DNA from: a virus
Lineage: Duplodnaviria; Caudoviricetes
IMG/VR virus record: IMGVR_UViG_2909633642_000001
Span: 1,559-65,558 of that record
DNA: 64,000 nucleotides
Direction: 5' to 3' (one strand)
The notes beneath the pieces were generated by a model. It was given only the letters and a program-made list of their open reading frames with translations. It ran no database searches and was not told the DNA's origin. Positions 57,739 through 64,000 of this stretch are shown here, one piece after another. The position numbers and the translations under genes are program-made. How positions within the stretch are numbered: the first letter of the stretch is position 1; each line of letters opens with the position of its first letter.

Positions 57739-59291
57739 TGACCGGATTGCTTTTTACCCCCCAAGTCGAGACGGTCGCCAACCGCTGGCAACCCCTGAAC
57801 GCTGCCTCGTCAATCCCGGTCGCCATCCGCCCCCAAGCGTTTGAGCTGCGGGATTACCAGAAAGCTCTGATCACGGGCATCTATCGCTCATGGGAGCAAC
57901 ACCGCCGCGTAATGGCCCAACTCCCCACAGCCGGGGGTAAGACGATCCTCTTCGCAGGCATCGTGAACGAATTCGTTAGTCGGGGTGAGGGCGTGTTGGT
58001 TCTGGCCCACCGGACTGAACTAATCCGTCAGGCTCACGGCAAAATCTTTGACGCTCTTGGCCGCCGTGTTGGGGTCGGGATGATCAAGTCAGGCATCCAC
58101 CCAAGCCCGTTAGCCCCGGTGCAAGTGGCCTCGGTTCAGACCTTGGCCAAGCGGGCTAAGCCCGCGGCCGGGTTGGTCATTATTGATGAAGCGCATCACG
58201 CCAGCGCCAAAACGTACCGGGATATTTTGAGCCATTACCCCAGCGCCTTTGTCTTGGGAGTCACGGCCACCCCATGCCGCACTGATGGCAGTGGGTTCGA
58301 TGACCTTTTCGATGTGCTGGTTTGCGGCCCGTCCGTTGCGGAAATGCTGGCACGGGGCTATCTGTGTCCCGTTCGGGTACTGGCTCCTGATCCGTCCGCT
58401 CGGATTGACATGAAGGGAGCCAGGTCTCGCAAAGGTGGCGACTACTTAGAAGGCGAGTTGACTGAGCGCGTCGATAAGGTTTTGGGGGAAGTAGTCCCGA
58501 CCTGGCAAGAGTACGCCAATGGGAAGTCAACCCTCGTATTTGTGCCCTCAATCGAATCAGGCGAAAGCGTCCTGAAGGAATACCGTGATGCGGGAATTGG
58601 GGCGGAATTGCTAACAGGAAAGACGGGCGAAAAAGATCGGGAAAATATGATTTCTCGATTCACGAAACGCGCCTATCCCGTGTTAATTAATGTTGGGGTT
58701 CTCACGGAAGGAACCGATATTCCCATTGTGGAAGCAATCCAATGTCTACGCCCAACCGTGAGCCTTGCCCTGTGGTTGCAGATTATTGGACGGGCAATGC
58801 GATTGCACCCGGACAAGGTTGATTCAATCTTGATTGACCATACCGAAAACTGGCTAAATCACGGACTCCCTGAACAGGAGCGAATCTGGACACTCAAGGG
58901 TATCGAAACCTTTGAGGCAAAGGAAAAGCGAGAACGCAAAGAGCGCGAAGAAAAAGTGCGCGATGAATTTGTCCAGGCTGAATTAGATTTGGGGATTCTC
59001 AAGTTTGTCGATGTGTCCACGGATCGGGGTGCAAGGATTGCGCTATCCCTCGCATCATGGGTGGGAACCTGCAACAAGCGTGGGTACAAGAGGATGTGGG
59101 TTGCCTACCGCTTTGAAGAATTTTTCCCTGATGCATCCCTTGAAGAGTGTGGGTTATTGCGCCGGGTTCTCGGGTATAAGCACGGCTGGGAGAAGCATTT
59201 TAAAGCCAAGCTTGAAGAGAAAGAGCTGCAATCAAAATTCGCGGTCGGCTCCCCTCAGTATCAGACTATTGATGTTTCGGCGGTGGCGTAA
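57738..59291 (+). CDS. DEAD/DEAH-box helicase
   Basis: LRDYQ, LPTAGGKT, DEAHH, TATP, LTEG.D.P, Q.IGR.MR. Confidence 0.92.
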   Translation: MTGLLFTPQVETVANRWQPLNAASSIPVAIRPQAFELRDYQKALITGIYRSWEQHRRVMAQLPTAGGKTILFAGIVNEFVSRGEGVLVLAHRTELIRQAHGKIFDALGRRVGVGMIKSGIHPSPLAPVQVASVQTLAKRAKPAAGLVIIDEAHHASAKTYRDILSHYPSAFVLGVTATPCRTDGSGFDDLFDVLVCGPSVAEMLARGYLCPVRVLAPDPSARIDMKGARSRKGGDYLEGELTERVDKVLGEVVPTWQEYANGKSTLVFVPSIESGESVLKEYRDAGIGAELLTGKTGEKDRENMISRFTKRAYPVLINVGVLTEGTDIPIVEAIQCLRPTVSLALWLQIIGRAMRLHPDKVDSILIDHTENWLNHGLPEQERIWTLKGIETFEAKEKRERKEREEKVRDEFVQAELDLGILKFVDVSTDRGARIALSLASWVGTCNKRGYKRMWVAYRFEEFFPDASLEECGLLRRVLGYKHGWEKHFKAKLEEKELQSKFAVGSPQYQTIDVSAVA

Positions 59292-60054
59292 ATGTGGAGC
59301 TTCCCTGATAAGCACATCAAGTCCTGTCGAAAGGACTGGCGTTGCGACGGTTGCGGAATCCGCCTACCTGTCGGTAGCGAGCTTTTCAAGATGAGTGGAA
59401 TCGGAGACGGCGGCTTCTCTGAGGACGTTCTTTGTCCTGAATGCTATCGGTATTTCCGCGAAAACATCGAAGAGTTTTGGGATGAAGACGAGAGAGTTTA
59501 TTCGTATTACCGTGGCGAAATTGGAGAACGCCGAAAGGAGTCTGATGCAATCTCGTAGCCCTCCCGTCTATTCCCTTCCTGTCTTCATCCATTTCACCCA
59601 ATAGTGCCATGCATTCCATTGTTCGAGACCGCGAAATTGCCGACCTTCAAAAACGCATTGATGAGCTGACGTTTGCGCTCAACAAATCCGACTCGATTCG
59701 AGTTAGCTATGCGCGATTGCTAGAGTGCGCCCGTGACGGATTGGCGGTGGCATCTCGCCTAACCGACGATGATCGGGTACTCGAATCAGCCAAGATTCTC
59801 GAAGACTTTTTTAGGGGTGAATCATGAGGGTAAAAATCTACGGGCAATGCATTAATCTCTCGGAAGCGAGCGGGTCAATTCTGGTTACAAAAATTGGCTA
59901 CGGAGTGTCTGGCAATCCGTCAGAAAATGCCGTGAAGTTAGCGGGTGCAATCTGCCAAGATTTCGACAATTTTTTCGATTACTACGAACGCGAAACCGCC
60001 CACGCAATCTATGCTGAAGTCCTTTCCGTCGTCTACGGCCGCAAAATGGGTTGA
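59292..60054 (+). CDS. Three short genes (59292-59558 Zn-finger CxxC..CxxC; 59609-59827; 59824-60054)
   Basis: Consecutive coupled ORFs. Confidence 0.6.
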
Positions 60055-60313
60055 TAAATACGTCGCCGCCGACCTTCTGAACGCCCGACCCGAAACCTTG
60101 GCACGATGGCGCAACCCAAATTCTCCAATTTACAAGGGCTGGATTGAAGGGGTTCATTGGCGGGCTGGGGTGAGTAGGACAGCGGCGGCTGAATACAACT
60201 TAACCGCTCTCAATCACTGGAGAAATCACGACCCAAATGCCCATCAGGCTTGGGTGCTGGCCTATCAATCAAGCAAGTCGATTAGCTCAGGATTGCCAAC
60301 TAAATCGGCGTAA
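60011..60313 (+). CDS. Excisionase-like HTH protein
   Basis: VAA.LL...PETL.RWR.....W.EGVHW......YNL..L.HW; convergent with the integrase. Start is 60011 or 59945. Confidence 0.75.
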   Translation: MLKSFPSSTAAKWVDKYVAADLLNARPETLARWRNPNSPIYKGWIEGVHWRAGVSRTAAAEYNLTALNHWRNHDPNAHQAWVLAYQSSKSISSGLPTKSA

Positions 60314-61353
60314 TAGGTAAAGAGCGTTTTCACTGAATGCCCCATGGAATTGGCAATTTCCACGGGGCTTTTTCCGTGCTGAAGTAGGTGGGAAATTAAT
60401 GTTTTCCGAGTCACGTAAGGACGGCGGTAGGGAATGTCCAATGCTGTGAACGGTTTGCGCCAATACCAATTTAGTTGGCTGGCCGTCCAGGCTCTCCCTT
60501 GCGGATCGGGGAAAACCGGGTCAATTTTGCCGCGAGCCTTCCGATATTCTGCTAACCACTTCTGAAGGGATGGCGGCAACGTAATTAATCGGGGCTTGCG
60601 ATTTTTCACAGATTTTCGCACCCGTCCCACGACCGCTTCTCCGATCCAAACCTGTCGGCAATCATCGGAAACATGCCGCCACAGCAGCCCAATCACTTCC
60701 CCTGTGCGGCAACCCGTCCCAATCTGAAACCGGAAAAATCCAGCGGCGGGGCTTTGATGCTCATCAAGCCAATTAGCGATTAAGCGAATCTCTTCTAGGC
60801 TGAACGGCTTGGGCGGTTGCGGTGCAATCCCCCTCACATCTTTGACCACCCAAGGGACGGATCCCACCAAACCCTGTTCAACTCCCCAGCGCCAAACAGT
60901 GGCCAGCGATTCAATCCGGTGGCGTACCGTAATCAAAGCCAGTCGACCGCCCATTGACCGAATCAGCTTCGCACCGTCATCCCGAGTGAGTTGTCTGCTG
61001 TCTGTTTCAGCCAACCCCGCCCGATCCAAATCAGCCAAGATTGCCTGGTACTTTTTGAGGCTACCTGGGTCAAGTCGATCCTTCTGTGATTTGCAATATC
61101 GCTCGATTAGGGCCCGGGCCGTCAACACCCCACCCGAGTGCTGCAATCCAATCCCGTATTTTGCCAATGTGGGGTCAAAATTTCCCGTCTTCAAATCCCC
61201 TTCGATCCTGGCTGCAATCGATCTGGCCACCGCCCAATCAACCGGGGTATTCCCTAACCCCAACGCCGGACGGTGTTGCTTGCCCTGGTGGCGAAACCTT
61301 AGATGCAACCGGCCGCGCTGTTCCCAAACTGTCACACTGCCTTTCGTCGCCAT
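60265..61353 (-). CDS. Tyrosine recombinase/integrase with arm-binding N-terminus
   Basis: GRL.LRF...GK....LGL N-terminus; catalytic GCRTGE, YVTR, MGH...Y; likely start MATKGS at 61353. Confidence 0.95.
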   Translation of the reverse strand: MATKGSVTVWEQRGRLHLRFRHQGKQHRPALGLGNTPVDWAVARSIAARIEGDLKTGNFDPTLAKYGIGLQHSGGVLTARALIERYCKSQKDRLDPGSLKKYQAILADLDRAGLAETDSRQLTRDDGAKLIRSMGGRLALITVRHRIESLATVWRWGVEQGLVGSVPWVVKDVRGIAPQPPKPFSLEEIRLIANWLDEHQSPAAGFFRFQIGTGCRTGEVIGLLWRHVSDDCRQVWIGEAVVGRVRKSVKNRKPRLITLPPSLQKWLAEYRKARGKIDPVFPDPQGRAWTASQLNWYWRKPFTALDIPYRRPYVTRKTLISHLLQHGKSPVEIANSMGHSVKTLFTYYADLVGNPELIDLLD

Positions 61354-61477
61354 GATGCTCAAAAAATGCTCAATCAGCATCAGGATATCCCCAAATATCC
61401 ACAAGTTACGACAGGAAAGTGGAGGGGTTAAATTCCTGAAAGCCCTTGAAATCATTGGCTTTGGGTGGATGAGAGCG

Positions 61478-64000
61478 TCAAACTCCCGGCGTATTAAACA
61501 CCCCATCCCAATATTCCGGGGGCGGGCAATCCAGATACTGGGTTGCCCGTTCTATATGGAGTTTCACGGAATGATCATGGGGCCGCAGTTGTTGGGCGGC
61601 GGCAAAATGCACCATGGCTTTGTGGAAATGGAAGCGGTTAAAGGCTTCTTTGCCCAGTTCGTATTGCTCCAGGAAGGTTTCATCTTCAAAGGAGAGGGGA
61701 CGGGCGCGATCGCCAATCAGTTCAAAGATGCGAATTGGTTTGGTGCGGCCTTTCACCCGTACCCGATCGAGTTCGCGCACCCAGAGCCGATCGGCACAGC
61801 GCTCGTAGGTGGCTTCGCTGAGGATGATGTCACAGCCATATTCTTTGGTTAGCCCTTCCAGGCGGGAGCTGACGTTCACGGCATCCCCGATCGCGGTGTA
61901 GTCCATGCGCCGTCGGGAACCGATGTTGCCCACAATCACTTCGCCGGAGCTGATGCCGATGCCAACCCGAAGGGGCGGTCGATCAGTGGCCACCAAGGCT
62001 CGGTTAAACACTTTCAGGCGATCGCGCATATCCAAAGCCGTCAGCACCGCTAGCCAGGCGTGATCCTCTTCGAGGGGCAACGGCGCACCAAAGACCGCCA
62101 TCAGCGCATCGCCAATGAACTTATCGAGCGTTCCCTTGCGATCGAAAATGGCCTCCACCATGGTTTCAAAATATTGATTCAGCAGGGCCACCACCTCCGT
62201 GGCATCCAGGGCCTCGGCCAAGCTGGTGTAGCCCCGGATATCGCAAAACAGGATCGTCACATCCTTGCGCTCACCGGTCAGCATGTCTGCCCCCAGTTCC
62301 ACGGCCCGTTCGGCCACTTCGGGGGTCATGTAGCGAGACATGGTGGCTTTGAGTCGTTGTTCGCGGCTGATGTCTTCTAACACCACCAAACCGCCCCGCA
62401 CTTTGCCATCCAAATCCGTCAGGGGATTCACGGCTAGGTTGACGTTGCGATCGAACAGTTGCATATCATCGGGATTCAGATACTCCAGCGGGCGGGCCGG
62501 ATCGTTCCATAGCCGCACTTGATTGTTGCCCTGGGGCACAACCCAGACGGTTCCCTCTTGGGGGCTGAAGTAGCGCCCGACCCGCAGGGCCTGCTCAGGA
62601 ACCCGATGGCGTGCGCCAGTGCTGAGGCTGTCTTTCAAGCGCGTTTCCAAGGACTCGATCGGGATAATTTCCCACACGGGCCGTTTCAGGAGTTGCTGTT
62701 CCCAAATGGTTTGGATGCTGCGGCGGCCCGCCATCCCATCCCGCCGTACCGGACAACCCAGCAGTTCCAAGGCGGCTTCGTTGATTGTCACCACTCGCCC
62801 TTGCAGGTCGGTGGAAATTACGCCATTGGACAGGCTGCGCAGGATGTCTTTTTGGTACTGCTGTTCCGTGAGTACGCTGTCAAAGAGACGGGCGTTTTCC
62901 AGGGCAATGCCGGCCTGGGTGTTAAAGGCCCGCATGAAGGCTTCATCGGAAGCGGTGAAGTTGCCCTGTTTGCGGTTGAGCAGTTGACTCACGCCAATCA
63001 GTTGCCCCGAGGGGTCAAAGATCGGCAAGCAGAGGGCATTGCGAGTGTTCAGGCCATGGGGGCGATCGAGCAGGGCATCAAAATCTTCGTGGGAAGGGGC
63101 ATAGCTCAGGTTCAGGGGCTGTCCCTTGCGCACCACATGGCCCACCAAACCCCGATCGCTCGACACCTCCAACGATCGCCCGTCTGCAAAGGTGGTGCGC
63201 AGCCGGCCCGTGTCCCGATCGAGCCGGTACAGCGTGCCATATTCCGCCTGCATAAAGTCGCGGGCTTCCGCCATCACCGCCTGCAAAACCCGATCCAACT
63301 CCAGGCCCGTTTGGGCAAACAGGGTGGTGACCTTCAGCAGCGCCGCCACCCCGCGTTGGTTGCGAGCCGCCTGATAAAAAGATTGGCAACTTTCCAGAAT
63401 GATCCCGATCGATTCTGCAAATTCCCGAAAGCGGGCCTCATCTTCGCGGTCAAAGGCCGGCGCAGTGGTTTTGTTCAGCAGTTGCACCACGGCCACCACG
63501 GCCCCATCGGTGCTGCGGATGGGCATACAGAGCAAGGCCTCCGTGGGGCGATCGCCCAGACCATCAAAGGCCAGCTCAAACCCCGCCGCCTGCTGCACAT
63601 TGGCCATGTTCACCACTTCACCCGTGGCAGCCGATCGGCCCGTAATGCCCACGTTCAGCGGAATCCGAATTTCATCGGACTCAGGCACTTGATCGCCATT
63701 GGGCCGGGCCCAGAGTTCCGCGCGATCGGGATCCAGCAGAAAAATGGTGGTGCGTTCCGCCTGCAAAATCAGCCCAATTTTGAGGGTCAAGGCATCGAGA
63801 ATTTGCTCCAAGATGCTTTCGAGCGCCGCATTATTGACCAAATCAAAGGCGCGCAAAAACTGCTGAAACTCCGCTGTGATGAAGTCCAGGAGGCAAACAA
63901 ATTCCGCAACCGGAAGATCCTGAACCCGTTGGGTGAGCAAGCCCACCCGATCGGGTCGCGTTAACGATGCCAAAAAACTGCCAGTGCCAGCAAAAGTCAT
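61478..64000 (-). CDS. cyaB1: Adenylate cyclase with two GAF domains, PAS and class III cyclase domain (host gene)
   Basis: LLDFITAEFQQFLRA, NK..F...DE GAF motifs, LF.DIRGYT, DKFIGDA.M, YT.IGD.VN..SRLE; closely resembles cyanobacterial CyaB1. Confidence 0.9.
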   Translation of the reverse strand: MTFAGTGSFLASLTRPDRVGLLTQRVQDLPVAEFVCLLDFITAEFQQFLRAFDLVNNAALESILEQILDALTLKIGLILQAERTTIFLLDPDRAELWARPNGDQVPESDEIRIPLNVGITGRSAATGEVVNMANVQQAAGFELAFDGLGDRPTEALLCMPIRSTDGAVVAVVQLLNKTTAPAFDREDEARFREFAESIGIILESCQSFYQAARNQRGVAALLKVTTLFAQTGLELDRVLQAVMAEARDFMQAEYGTLYRLDRDTGRLRTTFADGRSLEVSSDRGLVGHVVRKGQPLNLSYAPSHEDFDALLDRPHGLNTRNALCLPIFDPSGQLIGVSQLLNRKQGNFTASDEAFMRAFNTQAGIALENARLFDSVLTEQQYQKDILRSLSNGVISTDLQGRVVTINEAALELLGCPVRRDGMAGRRSIQTIWEQQLLKRPVWEIIPIESLETRLKDSLSTGARHRVPEQALRVGRYFSPQEGTVWVVPQGNNQVRLWNDPARPLEYLNPDDMQLFDRNVNLAVNPLTDLDGKVRGGLVVLEDISREQRLKATMSRYMTPEVAERAVELGADMLTGERKDVTILFCDIRGYTSLAEALDATEVVALLNQYFETMVEAIFDRKGTLDKFIGDALMAVFGAPLPLEEDHAWLAVLTALDMRDRLKVFNRALVATDRPPLRVGIGISSGEVIVGNIGSRRRMDYTAIGDAVNVSSRLEGLTKEYGCDIILSEATYERCADRLWVRELDRVRVKGRTKPIRIFELIGDRARPLSFEDETFLEQYELGKEAFNRFHFHKAMVHFAAAQQLRPHDHSVKLHIERATQYLDCPPPEYWDGVFNTPGV

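Larger units (their letters stand above)
1..61470. mobile_element. Temperate myovirus prophage (left end outside window)
   Basis: Terminase, portal, capsid, sheath, tube, tape measure, baseplate, primase-helicase, repressor switch, excisionase-like and tyrosine integrase genes; host-type cyclase gene follows the integrase. The exact att site cannot be seen. Confidence 0.95.

Noticed and set aside
1-61470. Mu-like transposable phage, tailocin/eCIS or T6SS
   Set aside because: No MuA/MuB but a tyrosine integrase; capsid, portal and terminase are present, so PAAR/V/W/J belong to a phage tail.
60809-63964. Plus-strand ORFs 60809-61852 and 62519-63964
   Set aside because: Antisense shadows of the integrase and cyaB1, which carry clear catalytic motifs.

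Overview
Bases ~1-61,470 are a temperate contractile-tailed prophage. It combines Mu-like head genes, P2/Mu-like tail and baseplate genes, a primase-helicase, a cI/cro-like switch and a tyrosine integrase. It abuts a host gene for a GAF-GAF-PAS adenylate cyclase (CyaB1-like, 61,478-64,000), which points to a cyanobacterial host. The left end of the prophage lies outside the window. All protein calls come from recognising motifs by eye; no database search was run. Main unusual observations: (1) The baseplate genes (U; J; PAAR-V-D-X; W; I-fibres) are scattered over five loci on both strands among the early genes, and several carry their own copy of a shared late-promoter-like motif (GTTAACC-N20-GGCAcGATgg). 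(2) A ~103-nt initiator-tRNA-like RNA with an elongated, remodelled anticodon arm sits antisense between genes D and V. (3) A ~0.5-kb non-coding element with terminal inverted repeats and AAATTTTAGGCAG iterons occurs three times; two copies form a ~1.2-kb palindrome and two flank a 22.6-kb segment as direct repeats. (4) A ParM-like actin, membrane proteins and an FtsK/TraB-like ATPase form a module suggesting partition or cell-to-cell DNA transfer. (5) An early promoter cassette (TTGACATTCCGATG) occurs eight times.
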